Origin: Prevotellaceae bacterium
GTDB lineage: Bacteria > Bacteroidota > Bacteroidia > Bacteroidales > UBA932
DNA: 64,000 nucleotides
NCBI GenBank assembly: GCA_031266935.1
Contig: JAISAC010000158.1
Location: 6,966-70,965, forward strand
Reading direction: 5' to 3'
Shown: positions 48,315 through 56,561 of the stretch, piece after piece
Layout of the letters: every line of letters begins with the position of its first letter
How positions within the stretch are numbered: position 1 is the stretch's first letter
The notes under the pieces: generated by a model
The model's database searches: none
What the model was told of the DNA's origin: nothing
Seen by the model: only the letters and a program-made list of their open reading frames with translations
Program-made: the position numbers and the translations under genes

Positions 48315-48716
48315 TCAGAGCTTCACAGCTGTTAGCTCCGCACCTAAGCGGTGCAGCGTTTTTTCTATTTTTTGGGTTTGCTTTTCGGAGATGTATGTAA
48401 TGCCCGCCTTGTACTTGCGCATCAGCGATGTGTTAATGCCTGCAATTTTGGCGAACTGCGTGGCGTTTATCCACTTATAAAAGCTAAAAAACGACGCTAA
48501 GTCGTACTTGTATTCAAACTCCACGCCAACTAACTCGTCGGGTAGGTTTATGTTATCTTCTTTGTACATTTGAAGAATCTCCTGTACGGAGTTTTCAAAA
48601 TCAGCCTTAGCCTCGGCTACGGCATCGCCTGTGCCGATAATGACACTGTCAAGTTCTGAGGTATAGACGGTGTACGTGCCGTCTTTACCCATTTCAATTA
48701 ACGCTGTTGTTTTCAT
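48315..48716 (-). CDS. hicB: HicB-family antitoxin
   Basis: 133 aa. The N-terminal part MKTTALIEMGKDGTYTVYTSELD..GTGDAVAEAKADF is HicB/UPF0150-like and the C-terminus looks HTH-like. It lies downstream of hicA. Confidence 0.8.
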   Translation of the reverse strand: MKTTALIEMGKDGTYTVYTSELDSVIIGTGDAVAEAKADFENSVQEILQMYKEDNINLPDELVGVEFEYKYDLASFFSFYKWINATQFAKIAGINTSLMRKYKAGITYISEKQTQKIEKTLHRLGAELTAVKL

Positions 48717-48759
48717 GCTCTGCTATTTTTTATGATTTTACACAGTAGCAGGCAGAACG

Positions 48760-48942
48760 TTAAAGCCCTGCCTGCTTTTTTATTCTATAGAGTAGCCCAG
48801 TAGCCACCTCTTTGCTGTTATGTCTTTCTATTTCAATGTGGTAGTTTTTGTCAGGATGCCGGTAAACGTCGTGCTTGCTGCCGTGCCTTTGGAGGTACCA
48901 TCCTTTCTCCTCCACCATTTTTCTTAACTCTGACCACTTCAT
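48760..48942 (-). CDS. hicA: HicA mRNA interferase toxin
   Basis: 60 aa. MKWSELRKMVEEKGWYLQRHGSKHDVYRHP... is the typical HicA/YcfA fold signature. Confidence 0.88.
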   Translation of the reverse strand: MKWSELRKMVEEKGWYLQRHGSKHDVYRHPDKNYHIEIERHNSKEVATGLLYRIKKQAGL

Positions 48943-49115
48943 TTTTATTCCGGTATTAATTTGACGCTACAAATGTAGAGCATTTTCGTTCTACATCCAA
49001 GCCTTTGTACATATAAAATGTTATTATACACTAATTTTTTTCAATGTATTTCGGCAACTGTTTTCCTGACTTCGACAATGCGGCACTGAAATTAATAAAA
49101 AAAGTTAATGGGCGA

Positions 49116-49243
49116 CTCATTACCTCATTAAAACGATGAAATGGACACGAAAAAATGAGGTTTTCTGCTGCCCCACATTCTATCTGTATTCTAACTACCG
49201 AGCTGCAAGCTACTTTCATAGCGCCTCAAAAAAAGATTTAGCC
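49116..49243. mobile_element. MITE-like element, copy 3 (half element, reverse orientation)
   Basis: The reverse complement matches the left terminal repeat, adjacent region and central motif of copy 2 (ggctaaatctttttttgaggcgctatgaaagtagcttgcagctcggtagtta... / ...cgttttaatgaggtaatgag). It lacks the 'acctaattttt..cagtagc' module. Confidence 0.7.
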
Positions 49244-49300
49244 TTTTAGTGGGCATCTTGGGTTTAATTCGCTACATTTGCCATTTTTATTTTAAGAGAT

Positions 49301-50740
49301 ATGCTGCAAAAGCTGGTTGATATATTTGAGCTGTGGAGCGGAGAGCAGCTGCTTTCGTCGCAAGAGCTCACGCAGGCGGGGTCGCACAGGCGCTACTTTC
49401 GCCTTGCGTCGGCTACTAAGGTGGTGGTAGGCTGCTATGGTCGCAACGTTCAGGAGAACAAGGCTTTTATTAGCCTTGCGCAGCACTTTGCCGCCGGGCA
49501 GCTGCCCGTGCCGCACGTGCTGGCCACGTCGGAGTGCGGCGAGTGCTACCTCCAGCAAGATTTGGGGGATGTGTCCTTATTTCAGCTGATTGCTAAAGGA
49601 AGAGAGGCCGGACGATTTTCGCCGGACGAAAAAGCCGCCCTGAGCGCCGCCATTGCCGCCCTGCCGAGGATACAGTACGAGGGGGCGCAGGGGCTTGACT
49701 ACGCCATCTGCTACCCGCAGGCCGAGTTTGGGCGGAACGCTGTTGCGTGGGATTTGAGCTACTTCAAGTACTGCTTCCTCAAGCCCTGCATGGAGGATTT
49801 TGACGAAGCCAAGCTGGAGGCCGATTTTGAGCGCATGGCGGAGTACTTTGCCGCCGAAAAAAGCCGCTGCTTCATGTACCGCGATTTTCAGTCGCGCAAC
49901 GTGATGTGGCATGAGGGAAAACCTTACTTTATTGATTTTCAGGGAGGACGAAAAGGTGCGCCGCACTACGACGTGGCCTCATTTCTGTATCAGGCCAAGG
50001 CGAATTTTCCCGACAATTTGCGCAAAGAGCTGCTACACAGCTATCTGCAAGTTGCTACGCGCTACGTAGAGGTCAGCGCTGCCGATTTTGAGCAGAAGCT
50101 GCCTGCATACGCCCTTTTGCGTACGCTGCAGGTGCTTGGCGCATACGGATTTCGCGGATACTTTGAGCGCAAGCTGCATTTTTTGCAGAGCGTTCCCTTT
50201 GCGCTGGAAAACCTGAGGGGCTTGCTCAAGCAGCTCCCCGACGGGCTGAAAATACCCTACCTCAAGAGCGTACTGCTGCGCTTGGCGGAGCAAAAGCAGC
50301 CGGCAGAGCGGCGGCAGCAATCGGGTGTGCTGCGCGTACAGATTTTCAGCTTTTCGTACCGCTGCGGCATACCCGACGACAATTCGGGCAACGGGGGCGG
50401 CTTTATCTTTGACTGCCGGAGCATTTCTAACCCCGGCAGGCAGGAGGAGTTCCGGATGCTCACGGGGTTAGACACGCCGGTAGCGCAATTTTTGGACGCC
50501 AACCGGGAGATGTCGCAATTTTTGCAGCATGCCTGCTCTATGGTCGAGGCGGCGGTGGAGCGGTACCTTGAGCGGGGTTTTGAAAACCTCATGGTAGCCT
50601 TTGGGTGCACGGGCGGGCAGCACCGCTCGGTGTACTCGGCCCAGCGCATGGCCGAGCGCCTGCACCAAAAGTACCCGCAAGTAGAGGTCGCGGTAAAGCA
50701 CCGCGAACAAAATATGTCAACAGTTTTTGAAATCGCATGA
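49301..50740 (+). CDS. AmgK-like anomeric sugar kinase (APH fold) fused to a RapZ C-terminal-like domain
   Basis: The N-terminal roughly 330 aa has GSHRRYFRL and YRDFQSRNVMW motifs (aminoglycoside phosphotransferase/AmgK-like). The C-terminal roughly 140 aa (VLRVQIFSFSYRCGIPDD...FIFDCRSISNPGR...GCTGGQHRSVYSAQ) resembles the RapZ/YvcJ C-terminal domain. A murU-like gene follows with an ATGA overlap. A -7 box TAcaTTTG lies at 49273-49280. Confidence 0.75.
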   Translation: MLQKLVDIFELWSGEQLLSSQELTQAGSHRRYFRLASATKVVVGCYGRNVQENKAFISLAQHFAAGQLPVPHVLATSECGECYLQQDLGDVSLFQLIAKGREAGRFSPDEKAALSAAIAALPRIQYEGAQGLDYAICYPQAEFGRNAVAWDLSYFKYCFLKPCMEDFDEAKLEADFERMAEYFAAEKSRCFMYRDFQSRNVMWHEGKPYFIDFQGGRKGAPHYDVASFLYQAKANFPDNLRKELLHSYLQVATRYVEVSAADFEQKLPAYALLRTLQVLGAYGFRGYFERKLHFLQSVPFALENLRGLLKQLPDGLKIPYLKSVLLRLAEQKQPAERRQQSGVLRVQIFSFSYRCGIPDDNSGNGGGFIFDCRSISNPGRQEEFRMLTGLDTPVAQFLDANREMSQFLQHACSMVEAAVERYLERGFENLMVAFGCTGGQHRSVYSAQRMAERLHQKYPQVEVAVKHREQNMSTVFEIA

Positions 50741-51486
50741 AAGCCTTAATTCTTGCAGCCGGCTTGGGTACGCGCCTCAAGCCGATTACCGACAGCCTGC
50801 CCAAAGCGCTGGCTACCGTTGGCAGCACAACGCTGCTGGAGTACAACCTGAAGCGCCTGTCGGCGCAGGGCGTTACGGAGTTTATTGTAAACGTGCACTA
50901 CAAAGCCGACATGGTGGAGGATTTTTTGCGGCAACACAAAAACTTTGGGCTTAGCGTCGCAATTTCGGACGAGCGCAAGCTGCTGCTCGATACCGGCGGC
51001 GGCCTGAAACATGCCGCATGGTTTTTTGACGACGGAAAACCTTTCCTGATATACAACGTGGACGTTATCACCTCGCTCGATGTGCGAAAAGTTTACGCGC
51101 AGCACGTGCAGATCGGTGCGCTGGCCACGCTTGCCGTAAGCTGCCGCAGCGCCACGCGCTATTTTTTGTTCGGCGCAGGCCGCCGCCTGTACGGGTGGCG
51201 CAACGCGAAAACGGGCGAGGAGCGAAGGCCGGTAGCTTCCACCGAAAACCTGATACCGCTGGCCTTTGGCGGCGTACACGTGGTAAGCCCCGAAATCTTT
51301 CCGCACCTTGACGCCTTTGGGGATAAATTCTCGATAGTTGACGCCTACCTCGCGCTTGCCCCCAAGTACCCCATCGTGGGGTACGACATGCAGGAGGAGC
51401 AGTGGTTAGACGCAGGCACTCCCGAAATGCTAAAGGCCGCAAGCGCGCTGGTGGCAGCAGGCGCAGCGCCTTCCGGTGCTCTCTGA
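50737..51486 (+). CDS. murU: Sugar-1-phosphate nucleotidyltransferase (MurU-like)
   Basis: 249 aa. MKALILAAGLGTRLKPITDSLPKAL is the nucleotidyltransferase signature, and the gene is coupled to the AmgK-like kinase. The symbol is assigned from gene context. Confidence 0.7.
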   Translation: MKALILAAGLGTRLKPITDSLPKALATVGSTTLLEYNLKRLSAQGVTEFIVNVHYKADMVEDFLRQHKNFGLSVAISDERKLLLDTGGGLKHAAWFFDDGKPFLIYNVDVITSLDVRKVYAQHVQIGALATLAVSCRSATRYFLFGAGRRLYGWRNAKTGEERRPVASTENLIPLAFGGVHVVSPEIFPHLDAFGDKFSIVDAYLALAPKYPIVGYDMQEEQWLDAGTPEMLKAASALVAAGAAPSGAL

Positions 51487-51551
51487 AGGGGCAAGGCGCG
51501 TTTTGTTTCGGGAAAATAGCATAAATTTTGTGCGGTTTCAAAAAAATGTAC

Positions 51552-51559
51552 TACCTTTG
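51552..51559 (+). promoter_or_regulatory. -7 promoter box TAccTTTG for the phe/tyr leader transcript
   Basis: Exact TAnnTTTG 25 nt upstream of the leader-peptide ATG. Confidence 0.5.
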
Positions 51560-51583
51560 TACCCATTAATTTTTTAAAAAGCA

Positions 51584-51718
51584 ATGTCACTACAACGATT
51601 TTACGGCTTTTACTACTACTATCAGCACACGCATGGCGGGGTTGAACGAGTTTGTATTGACTAAGTTAAAATAAAATATACCATCGTAAAATCCCGCACC
51701 CCTGTTGCGGGATTTTTT
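51584..51718 (+). promoter_or_regulatory. Candidate ribosome-mediated attenuator: a 26-codon Phe/Tyr-rich leader ORF plus an intrinsic terminator, upstream of pheA-tyrA-DAHP synthase
   Basis: The leader ORF 51584-51664 encodes MSLQRFYGFYYYYQHTHGGVERVCID. The terminator stem AAAATCCCGCA (51688-98) / TGCGGGATTTT (51706-16) is followed by Ts. An alternative pairing joins GCGGGGTT (51636-43) to AATCCCGC (51690-97). Confidence 0.6.
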
Positions 51719-51841
51719 ATGAGCAAGCAACCTTAAGAATATTGTAACGTATTGTTATTCATAAAAATATAAATGTATTTGTAATTTTTTTTTAATTCAT
51801 GCTTTCGTAATTCCTAATTCGTAATTCGTAATTTAAAAACG

Positions 51842-52690
51842 ATGCTGCCAAAAAAAATAGCCATACAGGGCGTTGCGGGCGCCTTTCATGAGCTGGCCGC
51901 CCAAAAATTTTTCGGGAAAGATATTAAGGCGGTGGAGTGCGATACTTTCCGCGAGCTGGCGCAAAAGCTGCACGCCGGCGAAGTTGACTTTGCGGTAATG
52001 GCCATAGAAAATACCATTGCCGGTACGCTGCTGCCCAACTATTCGCTCATCAACGAATTCGACCTGAAGGTGGTGGGCGAGGTTTACCTGCATATCGAAA
52101 TGCAGCTGATGGCGCTGCCGGGGGTGCGCCTGCCGCAGATAGCGTACATACACTCGCACCCCATTGCCATTGCGCAGTGCAGGGAGTTCCTCGACACGCT
52201 GCCGGCAACGGTTACCGTGGTGGAAAAAAACGATACGGCCGAATCGGCGCAGCTCATTCTAAAAAACATGCTTGCCGATACCGCCGCAATTGCCGGAAAT
52301 CTGGCCGCCGAAATGTACGGGCTGCACGTTATCGCAAAAGATATACACACCTGCAAGCAAAACTTTACCCGCTTTCTTGCGCTGAGCCGTACACCGCGCC
52401 AAAGCGATTTGAATAGCAAAGCTTCGCTATGCCTCGAGCTCGAGCACCGTAGCGGATCGCTGGCCAAGGTGCTCGGCATTTGGGCTAAGCATGGCGTTAA
52501 CCTCACCAAAATTCAGTCGGCGCCAATCATCGGAAAACCTTACCAGTACTGGTTTTACGTTGACTTGGAGTGGAGCGACAACGCCGCATACCGGCAGGCA
52601 ATGGCAGAGGCGTCGATGTACACCGCGAGCCAAAGCATACTGGGCGAATACGTGCGAAACAGCTGGGAGGCTGAAAAAACTAAAAACTAA
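51842..52690 (+). CDS. pheA: Prephenate dehydratase
   Basis: 282 aa. IAIQGVAGAFHE..., the TRF motif (NFTRFLAL) and a C-terminal ACT domain. Confidence 0.92.
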   Translation: MLPKKIAIQGVAGAFHELAAQKFFGKDIKAVECDTFRELAQKLHAGEVDFAVMAIENTIAGTLLPNYSLINEFDLKVVGEVYLHIEMQLMALPGVRLPQIAYIHSHPIAIAQCREFLDTLPATVTVVEKNDTAESAQLILKNMLADTAAIAGNLAAEMYGLHVIAKDIHTCKQNFTRFLALSRTPRQSDLNSKASLCLELEHRSGSLAKVLGIWAKHGVNLTKIQSAPIIGKPYQYWFYVDLEWSDNAAYRQAMAEASMYTASQSILGEYVRNSWEAEKTKN

Positions 52691-52705
52691 AATCTGAAAT
52701 CTGAA

Positions 52706-53551
52706 ATGGTTATATCTTTTATAGGAGTTGGTTTAATTGGCGGCTCGGCGGCTATTGCGCTGCGCAAGCGCGGTTTTGCCACGCGGCTTATCGGGGTCGA
52801 CAGCAACCCCCGGCATGTGGAGCAGGCGCTTGCGCTGGGCCTGGTGGACGAGGCGTTGCCCCCGGACGAAGCGGTGGAAGCGGCAGACTTAGTTGTGCTG
52901 GCGGTACCGGTAAACGTGGCGCGGGAGCTGCTGCCGCGCATCCTGAACTTGCTAAAGGAGGACGCCGTGCTGGTGGATATGGGGTCAACCAAGAGCGGAA
53001 TATGCACCCTTGCCCGAGCGCACAGCAAGCGCGCGCAGTACGTGGCCTCGCACCCCATGGCCGGCACGGAGTACTCCGGCCCAACGGCGGCGGTTGACGG
53101 GCTTTTTGACGGAAAAAAAGCCATTGTATGCGAGCAAAACCTCAGCGCCGATTTTGCGCTGAACAGGGTACTCTCCATGTACCACTGCCTCAACATGGAG
53201 GTGCTTTTTTACACCGACGCGGAGGCGCACGACAGGCATGTAGCCTACGTATCGCACATATCGCACGTGAGCTCGTTCATGCTAGGGCTTACGGTGCTCG
53301 AAGTCGAAAAAAGCGAAAAGCACATCCTCGACCTCGCCGGCACGGGCTTTGCATCAACGGTGCGGCTGGCCAAGAGCTCTCCCGTAACGTGGACGCCCAT
53401 TTTTCTGCAAAATGCAGCCAGCGTATCGCATGCCTTGGAGAAGTATATCGAAAACCTGCAGCGCTTCAAGGTTTGCGTTGACGCGCACAGCGCCGAAGGC
53501 ATCACCGCGCTGATAGCCGAGGCAAATAAAATTGAGAAAATTATCAAGTAA
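52706..53551 (+). CDS. tyrA: Prephenate dehydrogenase
   Basis: 281 aa. Rossmann motif ISFIGVGLIGGS and the HPMAGTE catalytic motif. Confidence 0.92.
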   Translation: MVISFIGVGLIGGSAAIALRKRGFATRLIGVDSNPRHVEQALALGLVDEALPPDEAVEAADLVVLAVPVNVARELLPRILNLLKEDAVLVDMGSTKSGICTLARAHSKRAQYVASHPMAGTEYSGPTAAVDGLFDGKKAIVCEQNLSADFALNRVLSMYHCLNMEVLFYTDAEAHDRHVAYVSHISHVSSFMLGLTVLEVEKSEKHILDLAGTGFASTVRLAKSSPVTWTPIFLQNAASVSHALEKYIENLQRFKVCVDAHSAEGITALIAEANKIEKIIK

Positions 53552-53646
53552 ACTTCACCTTAAATCGCTACCATAATTTACGGCTTCAAAAACCATTATT
53601 ACCCTATAATCATGTTGGATACAAAAATTTTAAGCAATAAAAAAAT

Positions 53647-54744
53647 ATGAAAATCGACCTGAATCTTTCGCCGATTGCGAACCATCTGGAAAATCCCCGC
53701 TGGCCGGTGCTGATAGCCGGCCCGTGCAGCGCCGAGAGCGAAGAGCAGCTGCTGGATACTGCCCGCGGGCTAAAAGCATCAAAGCGCGTGAGCTACTTCC
53801 GCGCAGGCGTGTGGAAACCGCGTACGCGCCCCGGCTCGTTTGAAGGCGTGGGCGAAGTGGCGCTCAAGTGGCTGCAAACCGTAAAGCAGGAAACCGGCCT
53901 GCGCACCGCCGTAGAAATAGCCACCACCGAGCACGTGGAGCTGGCGCTAAAGTACGGCGTTGATGTGCTGTGGGTGGGAGCGCGCACCTCGGTAAACCCC
54001 TTCTCGGTGCAAGAAATCGCCAACAGCATTAAAGGCTGCAACGTGGTGGTGCTGGTAAAAAATCCGGTAAACCCCGACTTGCAGCTCTGGGTAGGAGCGC
54101 TGGAGCGCATCAACCGCGCAGGCATTACCCGGCTGGCGGCTATTCACCGCGGGTTTTCGGCCTACGAAAAATCGGTGTACCGCAACGAACCCGTGTGGAG
54201 CATGCCCATTGAGCTCAAAACGCTCTGCCCCTCGCTGCCTATCATTTGCGACCCCAGCCACATTGCCGGAAAGCGCGACCTGGTGCCCTTAGTGGCGCAA
54301 AAAGCCCTGGACTTGAACATGGACGGCCTCATGGTGGAGGTGCACAACAACCCCTGCATCGCAAAAAGCGACGCCGAGCAGCAGCTCCTACCCGACGCCT
54401 ACGCCCAAATGATATACGCGCTGCAACTGCGCGAAATTACCCCTGCGAGGCCGGAGCAGCGTAGCGAGCTCGACGCCTACCGGCAGCAGATAGACATCAT
54501 CGACGAAGCTATTTTTCAGTCAATAGCGCAGCGCATGAGCATATCCCAAAAAATAGGGCAGTACAAAAAAGACCACAACCTGATGGTTTTGCAGCTCGAC
54601 CGCTGGGAAGAAATTCTGGAAAAGCGCTGCAACTTGGCCACTGCTATCGGGTTGAACTACGAATTCACCAAGCGCCTGCTGGAGCTTGTTCACGAAGAAT
54701 CCATTAACCTGCAAACCAAAATAATGGATGGCTGCAAAAAGTGA
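53647..54744 (+). CDS. Bifunctional 3-deoxy-7-phosphoheptulonate (DAHP) synthase / chorismate mutase
   Basis: The N-terminal roughly 270 aa resembles the type Ibeta DAHP/KDO8P synthase fold (IAGPCSAESEEQ..., CDPSHIAGKR). The C-terminal roughly 85 aa is an AroQ chorismate mutase (LDAYRQQIDIIDEAIFQSIAQRMSISQKIGQYK). Confidence 0.88.
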   Translation: MKIDLNLSPIANHLENPRWPVLIAGPCSAESEEQLLDTARGLKASKRVSYFRAGVWKPRTRPGSFEGVGEVALKWLQTVKQETGLRTAVEIATTEHVELALKYGVDVLWVGARTSVNPFSVQEIANSIKGCNVVVLVKNPVNPDLQLWVGALERINRAGITRLAAIHRGFSAYEKSVYRNEPVWSMPIELKTLCPSLPIICDPSHIAGKRDLVPLVAQKALDLNMDGLMVEVHNNPCIAKSDAEQQLLPDAYAQMIYALQLREITPARPEQRSELDAYRQQIDIIDEAIFQSIAQRMSISQKIGQYKKDHNLMVLQLDRWEEILEKRCNLATAIGLNYEFTKRLLELVHEESINLQTKIMDGCKK

Positions 54745-54817
54745 TTAAGAGCGCCGAGAAAACAAGCGCTCGGCGCTGTAATAAGGTACTTTTGCAGAAA
54801 ATTTTATACAACAGAAA

Positions 54818-55411
54818 ATGAATAACAATAACAGCTTATACCGCAATACCGGAAATTATCGGAAACTACACAGCTATCAGAAAGCAGAAGCAATATACGA
54901 CATTACCTGCTTTTTCTGCGAACGGTTTCTCAAGCGAGGCGACCGTACCGTTGACCAAATGGTGCAAGCCGCCCGGTCGGGCAAACAGAATATCATCGAG
55001 GGGTGCAAAGCCTCGGCAACTTCTGCCGAAACGGAAATCAAGCTGGTTAACGTAGCAAAAGCAAGCCTGCACGAACTTTGGGCAGATTACGAAGACTATC
55101 TCCGGAAAATAGCATACACCGACCCCGTAAAAGGACGTATCTGGGAAAAAGATTCGGTCGAAGCAAAAAAAATGTATGAATTAGGTCGCATTCATAACGA
55201 TGCAGCTTTCTACATGAAGATAGCCATGACCCGTCCGCCGGAAACGATTGCAAACATTGCCCTCTGCTTGCTGCAGCAAACGGATTATTTGCTATTCCGG
55301 CAGCTTCAATCTCTGGAAAAACAATTCCTTGCAGAAGGCGGTATGCGCGAACGAATGACGCGATTGCGAATCGAAGAAAGAAATAAGCAAAAGTCAAGCA
55401 ACAATGGATAA
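54818..55411 (+). CDS. Four-helix-bundle protein (23S rRNA intervening-sequence protein-like) with a suffix domain
   Basis: 197 aa. YRKLHSYQKAEAIYDITCFFCERF...QMVQAARSGKQNIIEG is typical of this family. Confidence 0.7.
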   Translation: MNNNNSLYRNTGNYRKLHSYQKAEAIYDITCFFCERFLKRGDRTVDQMVQAARSGKQNIIEGCKASATSAETEIKLVNVAKASLHELWADYEDYLRKIAYTDPVKGRIWEKDSVEAKKMYELGRIHNDAAFYMKIAMTRPPETIANIALCLLQQTDYLLFRQLQSLEKQFLAEGGMRERMTRLRIEERNKQKSSNNG

Positions 55412-55552
55412 TTGTCATCATCGTCAGGCAAAGACTTAAAGACTTTAAGTCTTTAAGTCTGAAAGACTGGAGAGACTGAAAAAACTAAAAGCAACTCTTA
55501 ATTTATTACGCAATTTTATTATACAACGTCGAATTTTTAATTTTATAAACAA

Positions 55553-56482
55553 ATGAAAAAAGTTTTACTGCTATTATTAGCTACATTGATATTTGTAATC
55601 GGCTCTTGCCGTTTTACTTATGCCCAGGATCTTATCGTGGGGACGTATAACATTCGCTATGATAGCGAGGACGATAAAAAAGCCGGCAACGGGTGGAAAA
55701 GACGTTGCCCATTAGTTGCGCAGCAGATACTGTTCAACGATTTTGACATCTTCGGAGCGCAGGAAGTACTTATCAACCAACTCGAAGATCTTCTCCTCAA
55801 GCTTCCCGAGTATGGATATACCGGCGTGGGGCGGGAAGACGGAAAGGTAGAAGGGGAATACGTTCCGATATTTTACAAAAAAGAGCGCTTCCGGCTCGTA
55901 CAATCAGGTAATTTCTGGCTCTCCGAAAATACGGATTATCCCAACAAAGGGTGGGATGCGGCGCTGCCGCGCATTTGCACGTGGGGGCAATTTAAAGACC
56001 TTAAAACGGAGAAGGAGGTATGGTTCTTCAACGTACACTTTGACCATGTCGGCGAGGAAGCCCGGCGGCAGAGCGCTAACCTCATCCTGAGTAAAGTAAA
56101 AGAAATGTGCGGAAATGACGCCGCCGTCATTCTTACCGGCGATTTCAACGTTGACCAGACGAACGAAAGCTACAAGCGCCTTGCAAGCTCCGGCGTCCTT
56201 CGCGATACGTACGAAATAGCCAAAATTCGCTACGCTTTGAACGGAACATTCAACTCATTCAAAAGCAGCTGCGCAACCAGTAGCCGCATTGACCATATTT
56301 TTGTATCGAACAAGCTGAAGGCCGACCGCTACGGCATCCTGACAGACACCTACCGCACTCCCGTAAACGACAACAAGCTCGACGCCGGCGATTTTCCCAA
56401 AGACGTATTTTCCGTAGAAGCCGAAGTGCGCATGTTATCGGATCATTTCCCCATAAAAGTAGCGCTATACTACGATTTTTGA
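55553..56482 (+). CDS. Secreted endonuclease/exonuclease/phosphatase (EEP) family protein
   Basis: Signal peptide, then YNIRYD..., FGAQEV, NVHFDH, TGDFN and C-terminal SDHFP motifs of the EEP fold. Confidence 0.85.
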   Translation: MKKVLLLLLATLIFVIGSCRFTYAQDLIVGTYNIRYDSEDDKKAGNGWKRRCPLVAQQILFNDFDIFGAQEVLINQLEDLLLKLPEYGYTGVGREDGKVEGEYVPIFYKKERFRLVQSGNFWLSENTDYPNKGWDAALPRICTWGQFKDLKTEKEVWFFNVHFDHVGEEARRQSANLILSKVKEMCGNDAAVILTGDFNVDQTNESYKRLASSGVLRDTYEIAKIRYALNGTFNSFKSSCATSSRIDHIFVSNKLKADRYGILTDTYRTPVNDNKLDAGDFPKDVFSVEAEVRMLSDHFPIKVALYYDF

Positions 56483-56494
56483 AAAGCGCAAAAA

Positions 56495-56546
56495 GAGGCC
56501 TCCCGCCTGGCGTAGCAAAAAATGCTCACCAAGCGCGGGAGGCCTC
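56495..56546. terminator. Bidirectional hairpin between convergent genes
   Basis: A 12-bp stem GAGGCCTCCCGC (56495-506) / GCGGGAGGCCTC (56535-546) lies between the EEP gene and the end of the six-gene operon. Confidence 0.55.
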
Positions 56547-56561
56547 CTTGTCTTCATGCAG

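Noticed and set aside
48128-48400. A 90-aa plus-strand ORF overlapping the 3' end of hicB, and a 62-aa ORF at 49031-49219 on the minus strand.
   Set aside because: The first starts in hairpin-repeat DNA and overlaps a well-supported gene. The second lies entirely within the MITE-like half element.
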